Shown here piece by piece: positions 27,810-36,711 of a stretch of 64,000 nt of DNA. The stretch is taken from the NCBI GenBank assembly GCA_963839865.1, contig CAWIWS010000008.1, positions 60,301 through 124,300 of the forward strand. Direction: 5' to 3'. Under the pieces are notes generated by a model. That model was not told the origin of the DNA and did no database searches. It saw only the letters and a list, made by a program, of their open reading frames with translations. Both the position numbers and the translations under genes were made by a program. How positions within the stretch are numbered: position 1 is the first letter of the stretch; every line of letters begins with the position of its first letter. The stretch comes from an uncultured Acidobacteriota bacterium (GTDB taxonomy: Bacteria > Acidobacteriota > Vicinamibacteria > Vicinamibacterales > UBA2999).

Positions 27810-29319
27810 CCAGGATGCTCGCCTTGGTGACGAGCGGGTAGTCGCCGCGCGGGAACGCGGGATGCGCGTCGAGCGGGTGCTGCATCGGACGCGGCAGGCG
27901 CCCGGCCGCGACTTCCTGGTCGATCCAGCGGACGATCCACTGGAAGTAGTACCACGATTGCAGCCGGTTGCCGGCCGGCGTCATGTGCACCATGTCGAGG
28001 AACAGCTCGGGGTCGAGCGGCAGGGCCGCTGCTTTGTCGATGAACGGCAGCTCGTGGCGCGCGGCGTAGTTCCGGAACACGTGGTTCTGGAAGTCCATCA
28101 GCCGCCGGTTCTGGGCGTAGGTGACCGGGAACGTCTGATCGTTGATGGCCTTGAACAGCGTCTCGTCCCGCGGCAGCACGAGCTTGAGGCCGTCGTGCAC
28201 CATGGCGACTTCCGAGCTGAGCGCGAGCGTCCCGCCCGTGGCCGTGACCGCCGCGCGCATGGTGTCGAAGTTGGTCATGACGTCGTGCAGGCCCATCGGG
28301 AGCGGCCGTTGCGTCACGTCGGGATCGGACTCGTTCACGTCAGGTGGCCACTGGATCGGGTACGACGGCTTGGCGGGCTCGACGCCTTCTCTTCGCGTGT
28401 CGACGACCACCCTGATGCGCCGCGCCACCGCGGAGTAGCGCTCGGCGGCCCACTGCGGACCCCGGCCGCCGAAGTCCGGCGGCACCGGCGGCAAACCTTC
28501 CTTAGGCAGCTTCAACAGCAGGCCGGGCCGGTAGTCGTTGGCGCCGTCGAAGATGACCAGGTCGGGCTCGAGCGGCATGAGCTCCTGGACGACAGCGGCA
28601 GCCACCGACGACGAGTCAACGCCCGTGCGCGCGATGTTGAGGACTTCGACCTTGAACGGATAGCCGCGCGCCTTGACCCACAGGTTCAGCCATTCCCCGA
28701 TGTACTCGATGTGCGAAAAAGGAAGGTTGTAGCCGTCAATCGTCATCGACGATCCGGCGAACGCCACGCGGATGGTCTGCGGCGGCTTGTTGAGCGTGAC
28801 GTCCGGCCCGCGCCATCCGAAGCGGTTGGTCGGGAACCATCCGGGCGGGCTCATGCTCGACAGGTGACGATAGATGGGGAACCCGTTCTGCGGCGGGGGC
28901 TCGAATGTGTAAAAATCGTCAAGGATCCCCAGCGACCCGAATCGCAGTCCTCCACAGAGTTCGAGTTTCAGGTAGGCCGGATTCCAGGCGAAGAATGCCC
29001 CAAGGGGATCGGTGGCCTTGTAGCGCTCGGCGCGCGCGGCGATCGCGGGTGTCATCGGGATCGGCTGGTGCGGCGGCGGATCCTGGGGATACCACGTGGG
29101 GTCAACGCCGGTCGCGAGCGCGATCGTGTCGAAGTACCGGGCGTCGGCGTTGTCGCGTGACGTGCGCGTGACCAGCCGCGGTCGCGCCGGCGCGGCCGCG
29201 AGGCTGATGTGGAAAAGTGAGTATCCGTCGATCCAGCGGACCACCGCTTCACCGAGGATGACGAGCAGGAGGACGAGCACCGCTGCCACCGTGGCGCCCA
29301 GGAAATGCAGCCGATTCAA
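27796..29319 (-). CDS. Membrane-anchored SGNH/GDSL-type hydrolase or acyltransferase-like protein (the only minus-strand gene)
   Basis: 507 aa. N-terminal TM (LGATVAAVLVLLLVILG). SGNH-like blocks: VAFAGSSMT (I), DLVIFDGANDY (III), DMVHMT (V). Its 3' end overlaps the convergent gene by 14 nt. Confidence 0.65.
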   Translation of the reverse strand: MNRLHFLGATVAAVLVLLLVILGEAVVRWIDGYSLFHISLAAAPARPRLVTRTSRDNADARYFDTIALATGVDPTWYPQDPPPHQPIPMTPAIAARAERYKATDPLGAFFAWNPAYLKLELCGGLRFGSLGILDDFYTFEPPPQNGFPIYRHLSSMSPPGWFPTNRFGWRGPDVTLNKPPQTIRVAFAGSSMTIDGYNLPFSHIEYIGEWLNLWVKARGYPFKVEVLNIARTGVDSSSVAAAVVQELMPLEPDLVIFDGANDYRPGLLLKLPKEGLPPVPPDFGGRGPQWAAERYSAVARRIRVVVDTRREGVEPAKPSYPIQWPPDVNESDPDVTQRPLPMGLHDVMTNFDTMRAAVTATGGTLALSSEVAMVHDGLKLVLPRDETLFKAINDQTFPVTYAQNRRLMDFQNHVFRNYAARHELPFIDKAAALPLDPELFLDMVHMTPAGNRLQSWYYFQWIVRWIDQEVAAGRLPRPMQHPLDAHPAFPRGDYPLVTKASILASCQ

Positions 29320-29376
29320 AGTGGGATCGACTATAGCAGGGCCATCCGCGAGAACCCAAGCCGCCGTCGAGAATCA
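29320..29376. promoter_or_regulatory. Divergent intergenic region, presumed to hold promoters for 27796-29319 (-) and 29377-33580... (+)
   Basis: This is the only divergent junction in the window. It is 57 nt, visibly less GC-rich (tcaaagtgggatcgactatagcagggcc...gagaatca), and contains a TATAGC -10-like hexamer. No -35/-10 pair can be assigned confidently. Confidence 0.4.
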
Positions 29377-30351
29377 ATGAGTTCCAACACGAAATCCACG
29401 AACCCGCTATTTTCCGTGATCCTGATGTCGGTCTCCCTCGTGCTGGCCTTCGGCCTCGGAGAGCTGGCGCTGCGCGTCAAGAACAGCTCGATGAAGACCT
29501 ACGACATCGAGATGTGGCGATATGCCAAGGACCTGAAGGCGCAGAGCAGCGACCCCGCGCTCGATTTCGATCACGTGAAGTCCAAGTCGGCCTTGCTGCA
29601 GAGCGTGACGATCCGCCTCAACGAGTGGGGCCTGCGCGGAGGTCCCGTCGAGCCGCTGCCGCCCGGCGGGCGCCGCATCCTCTTCCTCGGCGGTTCGATC
29701 GCGCTCGGTTGGGGCGTCCCGGAAGAAGAGACGGTGGAGGCGCGCCTCGAGCAGAAGCTGAAGGCGGCCGGCCAGCCGGTGCAGGTCCTGAACGGCGGAG
29801 TGGGCAATTACAACACGCAGCGCTACGTGTCCCGGTTCTTCAAGGAACTCTCGGGCCTCGAACCCACGGACATCGTCGTGCACTACTTCCTCCGGGACGC
29901 CGAGGAGCTGCCGCCGGGCGGCGGCAACGCGATCCTTCGCAACAGCCAGCTGGGCGTCACGCTGTGGATTGCCTATCACCGGCTCTTCGACCGCGCGGGC
30001 GAGCAATCCCTGGTCGATCACTATCGCGCCGTCTACCGGCCCGATGCGCCCGGGTTCGTCGTGATGCAGGCGAGGCTCAAGGAATTGGCCGAGTACGCGC
30101 GGGCCCATCACATCCGGCTCTACCTGGCGATGACGCCAGACGTGCACAACCTGATCGACTACAAGTTCGGGTTCGTGCACGACGCCATGCGCCAGATCGC
30201 CGAGCGCGAGGGCTACACCTACGTCGACCTGCTGCCCGGCATGCTCGGCCACCCGCCCGAGGCGATGTTCGCGATGCCTGGCGATCCGCACCCGAACGCC
30301 CTCGGCCACCAGTTGATGGCCGACGCCATTCTGCCCGTGTTGACCCAGTAG
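29377..30351 (+). CDS. Membrane-anchored SGNH/GDSL-type protein (AlgJ/AlgX/PatB-like candidate O-acyltransferase partner of the MBOAT)
   Basis: ATG 29377 is chosen because ORF-track start 29305 would overlap the divergent gene. N-terminal TM (LFSVILMSVSLVLAFGLG). Blocks: ILFLGGSIALG (I), NGGVGNYN (II), PGDPHPN..GH (V-like). Confidence 0.65.
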   Translation: MSSNTKSTNPLFSVILMSVSLVLAFGLGELALRVKNSSMKTYDIEMWRYAKDLKAQSSDPALDFDHVKSKSALLQSVTIRLNEWGLRGGPVEPLPPGGRRILFLGGSIALGWGVPEEETVEARLEQKLKAAGQPVQVLNGGVGNYNTQRYVSRFFKELSGLEPTDIVVHYFLRDAEELPPGGGNAILRNSQLGVTLWIAYHRLFDRAGEQSLVDHYRAVYRPDAPGFVVMQARLKELAEYARAHHIRLYLAMTPDVHNLIDYKFGFVHDAMRQIAEREGYTYVDLLPGMLGHPPEAMFAMPGDPHPNALGHQLMADAILPVLTQ

Positions 30352-30355
30352 CGCC

Positions 30356-31753
30356 GTGCTCTTCAGCTCGCCCGCGTTCTTCGTCTTCTTCCTGGTGTAC
30401 TTCTGCCTGCACCTGGTGGTGCCGCTGCGGCACCGCGTCTACCTGATCATCGCGGGCAGCGCGATCTTCTACGCGTGGTGGCGCATCGAGTACGCCTGGC
30501 TGCCGTTTGCCCTGATGGCCACGGCCTACGGCGGCGTCCTATGGATGGAGCAGGCGCCCGACGCGGTCCGGCGGAAGCGGCGCGCCACCGTCGCCGTCGT
30601 CATCCTCTTCCTGCCGCTGCTCGTCTTCAAGTACACGAACTTCGTCTACCGCGACGTGCTCGGCCCGATCGTCGGGTGGGACGGCCGCCTGCTCGACCTG
30701 CCGCTGCCGCTCGGCGTGTCCTTCGTCACCTTCACGCTTACCGCCTTCATCGTCGACATCTACAAGCGGAAGTATCGCGAGGTGCCGGGCGCGGCGACGG
30801 TTCTGGCCTACGTGCTCTTCTTCCCGCATCTGATCGCGGGACCGATCCTGCGGCCGCACGAACTGGTCCCGCAGCTCGAACATCCGGCGCGGACCCGCCT
30901 GCGCCGGGTTGCCGTGCCCATCGCCATCTTCACCCTGGGCATCGTCAAGAAACTGGTGTTCGCCGACACGATCGCGGGCGCGGTGGACACGGTCTACGCA
31001 CAGGCCGGCGGCACCGTCAGCGGCCCGTCCGCGTTGCTGGCGATTTACGGCTTCTCCGTCCAGATCTACTGCGACTTCAGCGGCTACACCGACATGGCGA
31101 TTGGCCTCGCGCTGCTCCTCGGCGTCCGGCTCCCCAACAATTTCCTGCGGCCGTACACCGCCACCTCGATCATCGACTTCTGGCGGAGGTGGCACATCAC
31201 CCTGTCGTCCTGGCTCCGCGACTACCTCTATATCCCGCTCGGCGGCAACCGCCACGGGCGGGCGCAGGAGATGCGCAACGTCATCATCACGATGGCGCTC
31301 GGCGGCCTGTGGCACGGGGCGAGCTGGACCTTCGTGGTGTGGGGCCTGTTTCACGGCACCGGCGTCGCCGTGACGCATGCGCTGCAACGCGCGTTCGGCG
31401 CGGCGCGCGCGCTGCCCGCCTGGCTGGGGGTGCTCATCACCTTCCACTTCGTCACCCTCGGCTGGGTGTTCTTCCGCGCGCCGAGCCTGCGCAAGGCGTT
31501 CGAGATGCTGGCGGCGGCCTTCGGGGGCGGGGGATGGACGGACGCCTCCGCGTTTGTGTCCGCGAACCTCTTCCTCGTGGCGCTGGTGCTGATCTTCGCG
31601 GCGTTCCACCGGTACGACGACCATCGCCGTGTCCGCGCGATGGTGCGCTACCTGCGGCCGGAAATCCTGTGGCCGGTCGTCCTGTTCCTGTGGGTGCTGG
31701 CGATCACCGTGAGCCAGGGCAATTCCGCCAAGTTCATCTACTTCGATTTCTGA
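30356..31753 (+). CDS. MBOAT-family membrane O-acyltransferase (AlgI/DltB/PatA-like)
   Basis: 465 aa, polytopic. Diagnostic motifs FWRRWHITLSSWLRDYLYIPLGGNR and LGGLWHGASW (the conserved His). Confidence 0.9.
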   Translation: MLFSSPAFFVFFLVYFCLHLVVPLRHRVYLIIAGSAIFYAWWRIEYAWLPFALMATAYGGVLWMEQAPDAVRRKRRATVAVVILFLPLLVFKYTNFVYRDVLGPIVGWDGRLLDLPLPLGVSFVTFTLTAFIVDIYKRKYREVPGAATVLAYVLFFPHLIAGPILRPHELVPQLEHPARTRLRRVAVPIAIFTLGIVKKLVFADTIAGAVDTVYAQAGGTVSGPSALLAIYGFSVQIYCDFSGYTDMAIGLALLLGVRLPNNFLRPYTATSIIDFWRRWHITLSSWLRDYLYIPLGGNRHGRAQEMRNVIITMALGGLWHGASWTFVVWGLFHGTGVAVTHALQRAFGAARALPAWLGVLITFHFVTLGWVFFRAPSLRKAFEMLAAAFGGGGWTDASAFVSANLFLVALVLIFAAFHRYDDHRRVRAMVRYLRPEILWPVVLFLWVLAITVSQGNSAKFIYFDF

Positions 31754-31754
31754 G

Positions 31755-32594
31755 ATGACCCGCTGCGACGTGTGTGACGCCGACGGCACGGGGGTCGGCT
31801 ACGCCGGACTCCGCCGCTGCGGCGCATGCTCGCACGTGTGGGCGGACCTCTCCCTCGACCCCGAGGCGATTCAACGGCTGTACCAGCGCAGCTACTTCTT
31901 CGGCGACGAGTACGGCAATTACCTCGAGGACCGGCGGATCATCGAGAAGAACTTCGCGGGCCGCCTCGCCACGCTGCGGCGGTTCCTGACCGCCTCCCAC
32001 CGGCGGCTCTTCGAGGTTGGGTGTGCCTACGGGTTCTTCCTGAATGCCGCGCGGAGCCTGTTCGAGTCGGTCCGGGGCATCGATGTCTCTGAGGACGCGG
32101 TGCGCTACGCCACCCGGGAACTGGGCCTCGACGTGTCGTGCGGCGACCTCCTGGCGGCGGATTTCTCGGGACAGACCTTCGACGTCGTGTGCATGTGGGA
32201 CACCATCGAGCACCTGGCGGCGCCGCGGCGGTACATCGAGACCGTGGCGGCTCACATGCCGCCCGGCGCGCTCATCGCCGTCACCACCGGCGATATCGGC
32301 AGCCTGAACGCCCGCGTGCAGAAGGGCAGGTGGCGCCTGATCCATCCGCCGACACACCTGCACTACTTCACGCGCCGATCCCTCTCGGCCCTCCTCGAGC
32401 GGTGTGGCTTTCGCGTGATCCACGTCGAGTATTGCGGCGTCTATCGAAGCCTGGGCGGCATGCTCCACAACCTGGTCGCGCTGCGGGGCCGCTGGCCGCG
32501 CCTGGGTGCGTGGCTGCAGCGCGCTGCGCCGTCCGGCCTTGATGTGTACCTGAACCTGCACGACATCATGTACATTGTCGCGGAGCGCCGATGA
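31755..32594 (+). CDS. Class I SAM-dependent methyltransferase with N-terminal CxxC...CxxC zinc-ribbon-like motif
   Basis: CDVCDADG...CGACSHVW; motif I LFEVGCAYGFF; DVVCMWDTIEHL; ALIAVTTGD. Confidence 0.75.
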   Translation: MTRCDVCDADGTGVGYAGLRRCGACSHVWADLSLDPEAIQRLYQRSYFFGDEYGNYLEDRRIIEKNFAGRLATLRRFLTASHRRLFEVGCAYGFFLNAARSLFESVRGIDVSEDAVRYATRELGLDVSCGDLLAADFSGQTFDVVCMWDTIEHLAAPRRYIETVAAHMPPGALIAVTTGDIGSLNARVQKGRWRLIHPPTHLHYFTRRSLSALLERCGFRVIHVEYCGVYRSLGGMLHNLVALRGRWPRLGAWLQRAAPSGLDVYLNLHDIMYIVAERR

Positions 32595-33580
32595 CACACC
32601 TCCTGATCGTGACGCCGGCGTTCAACGAGGCGGCCGTGCTTCCCGATTTCGTGCAGGCGGTCCTCGCGCTGCGCCGGCAGTTGTCCGCCACCACCGACGT
32701 CCGCCTCCTCGTGGTGGACGACGGATCGATCGACGACACGGCCGGCGTGCTGCGCCGGGCGGCGGACGCGCACCCCGACGTGGTCGCCTACCTTTCGCTT
32801 ACCGCCAACGCCGGCCACCAGGCGGCGCTGATCGCGGGCCTCTGCCATGCGGGGGCCTGGCCCGATGCGATCGTGACGATGGACGCGGATCTCGAGCACC
32901 CGATGGCCGTGGTGGGCGAGCTCGTTGAGAAATGGCGGGAGACCGGTGCGATCATCGTCCACGCCATTCGACGGCCGACCCGCGAGCTGCCACTGCTCAA
33001 GCGCCTGCCCTCCGCCATGTTCTATCGCGTCACGGCGGCGCTCACCGGCTTGAGCCTCTCGACCGGCCAGGCCGACTTCCGCCTCTGGGACGCGCAGGTA
33101 CTGCGCAGCGTGGCGGATTACCTGCCGCACATCGGCTCGCTCCGCGTGTTTGCCGCGTGGCTGCCGGGGCGCAAGTCGGCGGTGACGTACGAGCAGCACG
33201 TTCGCAACGACCGCACATCGCGGTTCACCTTCAGCAAGAACTACGAGCTGGCCGCCATCAGCATCGTCCGCTTCTCGCACGTGCCGCTGCAGATCATCAG
33301 CGGCCTCGGGTTGATTGGATTGATCTTCTCGTTCAGCTACGGCGGCTTCATCGCATGGGAGACGTTGCAGGGCAACACCGTCCCCGGCTGGTCGAGCACC
33401 GTGCTGACGGTGATGACGATGGGGTGCCTGCAGCTGCTGGCGTTCGGCGTGCTTGCCAGCTACTTCCAGCGGCTGGTGTTTGCCAGGGACCTGCCGCCAT
33501 GGGTGATCCGCACGTCGCGCCTGGCGCCGTTGGCGCCGCCGGATGCGCGCGAGCCCGCACGGATGGATGGCCTAAAATAG
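32591..33580 (+). CDS. GT2 polyprenol-phosphate glycosyltransferase (GtrB/ArnC/DPM1 type), intact
   Basis: ATG 32591 overlaps the upstream stop. Motifs: VTPAFNEA, LLVVDDGSIDDT, N.GHQAAL.AG, MDADLEHP, FRLWD. Two C-terminal TM helices (IISGLGLIGLIFSF.., VLTVMTMGCLQLLAFGVLASYF). Confidence 0.8.
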   Translation: MTHLLIVTPAFNEAAVLPDFVQAVLALRRQLSATTDVRLLVVDDGSIDDTAGVLRRAADAHPDVVAYLSLTANAGHQAALIAGLCHAGAWPDAIVTMDADLEHPMAVVGELVEKWRETGAIIVHAIRRPTRELPLLKRLPSAMFYRVTAALTGLSLSTGQADFRLWDAQVLRSVADYLPHIGSLRVFAAWLPGRKSAVTYEQHVRNDRTSRFTFSKNYELAAISIVRFSHVPLQIISGLGLIGLIFSFSYGGFIAWETLQGNTVPGWSSTVLTVMTMGCLQLLAFGVLASYFQRLVFARDLPPWVIRTSRLAPLAPPDAREPARMDGLK

Positions 33581-33596
33581 GGAGCTTCCCCTCACC

Positions 33597-35606
33597 GTGA
33601 CGACGCCACTCCGGACAATCTTTCGTGAGGCCCTCGTCGTTGCTGCGTTGTTTGCCGTGTCGCTCGTTGCTTCGCAGTCGGCCATGCATGGCTTCCGTGC
33701 GGCCGGGGCACAGCCCTTCTTCTATCAATCGAACTTCGAGCCGGCCGTGATGATGGCCTGCGGGCGGGGATTCGTGACGTCTCCCTCGGCCCCGCCGCAG
33801 CTGGCCGAATTCCTCAATGTCTCGCGGAACGACTTCGATTGCGCCCTCCTGCCGGCCGGGATGACCGAACTGCCGCTGACGACGCCGGCGAACGCGAACT
33901 GGTACTACCTGTACGGCGCGGCCGCGGCGGTCTGGAAGATGACGGGCGTGTCGTGGACGGCGCTGGATGGGCTCGTGTCCGCGATGAGCGCCGTCGGCGC
34001 CGTGTTGCTCTACGGGTTGTTCCGGCTCGTGACCAATACACCGGTGTCCGCCGCGCTTTCGCTGCTGCTGACGCTCTCGCCCGCCAACCTGACGCACCTC
34101 TTGTCGCTGCGCGACTACAGCAAGGCGCCGTTCGTGCTCGGCGCGATCCTGATTCTCGGCGCGCTGGTCATGCGGCCCATGCGTCGCGCCGGCACGCTCG
34201 CGCTGGCGGCGACGTACGGGGTCGTTGTGGGGATCGGCTATGGGTTTCGCGGCGACCTCGCCGTGATGGTGCCGTTCGGCGCCATCGTGGTGTTGCTGTT
34301 CCTGCCCGGCGCGATCCGCGCTCATGCCTGGCGCAACGCCCTCGCGACCTCCGTGCTCCTCCTCGCGTTCGTCGTCTCCGCGTGGCCCGTGATCAGCGGC
34401 CTCCAGCTCGGCGGGTGCCAGTACCACTTCTCGCTGCTCGGCCTCACCGATCCCCTGACGAGCGAGTTGCGGCTCACGCCGTCGATTTACCGCTTCGGGG
34501 AACACCTGTCGGACACGTTCGCCGACCTCAAGACCGGCGATTACGCCGCGCGCGTGCTCGGCGCGCCGGTGCCGAGGCTGTGCTCTGCCGAGTACGACAC
34601 GGCTTCCGGCCAACTGTATTTCGATCTCGCCCGGACGTTTCCCGCCGACTTCGTCGTGCGGGCGTATGCGTCGGTCCTCATGATCCTGCGCGTCGGCCTG
34701 GCGATTCCCGAAGCCATGCTTCCGATGGTGCCGTTCGCGGACAGCCAGGCGGCGGTAGGGGCCTATCGGGCGCTGCATGCGATCACGTCGCCGCTGTCGG
34801 CCCTCGGGGTGCTGGTCACCGTCGCGGCGATCGCCGGTGCCTGGGCCTCCTCGATTCGGCTGGGCCTGGCAATGACGGCTTTCGTGCTGTTTCTCACCGG
34901 TTATCCAGCGATCCGGTTCGACGAGCGTCATTGGTTTCACTTGCGGTTCATTCCCTGGTGGGCGGCCGCCCTCGTGGGCACGGAACTGCTGCGCCTCGGG
35001 ACACGCGCCTGGGAACGCGCGCGCCTGGTGCGCGCCGCGGTCGCGATCGGCGGGCTGCTGCTGGCGTTGGCCGCGTCGCTCGGGGCCCTGCGACTCGTGC
35101 AGGCGGGACGGGTGGAGGCGCTCGTGACCCAATATCTCCATGCCCCGACCGAGGCCGTGCCGGCGCAGGTGGTGGACGGTGCCACGTTGCGCGTGGACTG
35201 GCAGCCTCGCGACGCCGGCACGCCACCCGCGCATCGCGCGTCGGACCTCCTGGTGGTCACGCTCGAGGGGCCGGCCTGTGCGGGGACCGGGGACCTCGGC
35301 CTGCGCGTCACCTACGACGCCGACGTGCCCAGCCACGACATGTCCACGTCGTTCACGGTGGCGCGCCCAACGGCCGGGCCGACGAAGCTCTTCGTGCCGG
35401 TGTTCTGGCAGGGCGTCGGCGATCACGACGACCTCCGCTTCTCCGGACTCCAGGTCGCCGGCGCGTCGAGCGCCTGCGTTGGACAGGTGGCCCGGGTGAC
35501 GAGCGGCCGCCAAGTGCCGCTGTGGGTCGAACTCCAGGTCCCGGCGGACTGGGCGAGCTATTCCTTGTACGAATCCATGCGACCACCACGACTGCTCAAC
35601 CGGTGA
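33597..35606 (+). CDS. Large polytopic membrane protein, family copy P4 (intact, 669 aa)
   Basis: GGAG lies 12 nt upstream of GTG 33597. Motifs: FEPAVMMACGRGF, NDFDCALLP, NLTHLLSLRDYSKAPF, GYPAIRFDERHWFHLRFIPWW, Cys pair PACAG...SACVGQVARV. Confidence 0.8.
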   Translation: MTTPLRTIFREALVVAALFAVSLVASQSAMHGFRAAGAQPFFYQSNFEPAVMMACGRGFVTSPSAPPQLAEFLNVSRNDFDCALLPAGMTELPLTTPANANWYYLYGAAAAVWKMTGVSWTALDGLVSAMSAVGAVLLYGLFRLVTNTPVSAALSLLLTLSPANLTHLLSLRDYSKAPFVLGAILILGALVMRPMRRAGTLALAATYGVVVGIGYGFRGDLAVMVPFGAIVVLLFLPGAIRAHAWRNALATSVLLLAFVVSAWPVISGLQLGGCQYHFSLLGLTDPLTSELRLTPSIYRFGEHLSDTFADLKTGDYAARVLGAPVPRLCSAEYDTASGQLYFDLARTFPADFVVRAYASVLMILRVGLAIPEAMLPMVPFADSQAAVGAYRALHAITSPLSALGVLVTVAAIAGAWASSIRLGLAMTAFVLFLTGYPAIRFDERHWFHLRFIPWWAAALVGTELLRLGTRAWERARLVRAAVAIGGLLLALAASLGALRLVQAGRVEALVTQYLHAPTEAVPAQVVDGATLRVDWQPRDAGTPPAHRASDLLVVTLEGPACAGTGDLGLRVTYDADVPSHDMSTSFTVARPTAGPTKLFVPVFWQGVGDHDDLRFSGLQVAGASSACVGQVARVTSGRQVPLWVELQVPADWASYSLYESMRPPRLLNR

Positions 35607-35622
35607 GCGGGAGAGACTGACC

Positions 35623-36711
35623 TTGAAGACGATCGTTCACGTCGTCGGCGCGCGGCCCAATTACATGAAGATTGCGCCGCTCATGGACGCGCTCCGCGGC
35701 GCGCCCGGCATCCGGCAGATCCTCGTCAACACCGGGCAGCACTACGACGAGGCGATGTCCAAGTCGTTCCTGCGCGAGCTGTCGCTGCCCGCGCCGGATC
35801 GCAACCTGGAGGTCGGCTCGGCGAGCCACGCCGTGCAGACGGCCAAGGTGATGATCGGCTTCGAGCAGGTCTGCCTCGAGGAGAAGCCGGATCTCGTCGT
35901 CGTTGCCGGTGACGTGAACTCGACGATGGCCGCGACGCTGGTGGCGGCGAAGCTGATGATCCCCGTGGCCCACCTCGAAGCGGGCCTGCGCAGCTTCGAT
36001 CGCGGCATGCCGGAGGAGGTCAACCGCATCGTGACCGACTGCCTCGCGGACCTGCTGCTCACGCCGTCCACGGACGGGGACGAGAACCTGATGAAGGAAG
36101 GCGTGCCGCGCGAGAAGATCCACTTCGTCGGCAACATCATGATCGACACGCTGATGCGCCACCTGCCGATGGCGACGCTCGCGCGCATCCAGGACCGCGT
36201 GCCCGTGACCGACAAGGGCTACGGCGTGCTGACGCTGCACCGCCCGTCGAACGTGGACGACCCCGTCATCCTGCGCCGCATCCTCGAGGCCATCGCTCAC
36301 GTTGCGCGCCAGATGCCGGTGGTGTTCCCCGTGCACCCCCGCACCCGCCAGAGGCTCGCGGCCTTCGGCGTGGATGACCTGCTGGCCAACGTGATCCTCA
36401 CCGAGCCGATGGGCTACATCGACTTCCTGAGCCTGACGTCGCACGCGCGGATCATCCTGAGCGACTCCGGCGGCCTCCAGGAGGAGTCGACGGCGCTCGG
36501 CATCCCGTGCCTGACGCTGCGTGAGAATACCGAGCGCCCCGTCACGATCACCCACGGCACGAATCGACTCGTGGGCACGCAGACGGCGAACATCATCGCG
36601 GGCTTCGACGAGGCGATGGCGTCCGAGCATGCGCCGCAGCGGCGACCGCCCCTGTGGGACGGACACACCGCGGAGCGCGTGGCGGCGGTGCTGCAGAAGT
36701 TCCTGGCCTGA
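35623..36711 (+). CDS. wecB: UDP-N-acetylglucosamine 2-epimerase (non-hydrolysing)
   Basis: 362 aa. Motifs: VVGARPNYMKIAPL, NTGQHYD, GDVNST.A, HLEAGLRSFDR.MPEE.NR, SDSGG.QEE. GGGAGAG RBS lies 8 nt upstream of TTG 35623. Confidence 0.9.
   Translation: MKTIVHVVGARPNYMKIAPLMDALRGAPGIRQILVNTGQHYDEAMSKSFLRELSLPAPDRNLEVGSASHAVQTAKVMIGFEQVCLEEKPDLVVVAGDVNSTMAATLVAAKLMIPVAHLEAGLRSFDRGMPEEVNRIVTDCLADLLLTPSTDGDENLMKEGVPREKIHFVGNIMIDTLMRHLPMATLARIQDRVPVTDKGYGVLTLHRPSNVDDPVILRRILEAIAHVARQMPVVFPVHPRTRQRLAAFGVDDLLANVILTEPMGYIDFLSLTSHARIILSDSGGLQEESTALGIPCLTLRENTERPVTITHGTNRLVGTQTANIIAGFDEAMASEHAPQRRPPLWDGHTAERVAAVLQKFLA

Noticed and set aside
29305-29376. ORF-track start 29305 for the SGNH gene (adds MQPIQSGIDYSRAIRENPSRRRES)
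   Set aside because: This start would overlap the start of the divergent gene at 29319 and remove the only promoter-bearing gap. ATG 29377 is followed by a typical short cytoplasmic tail plus TM anchor and is preferred.
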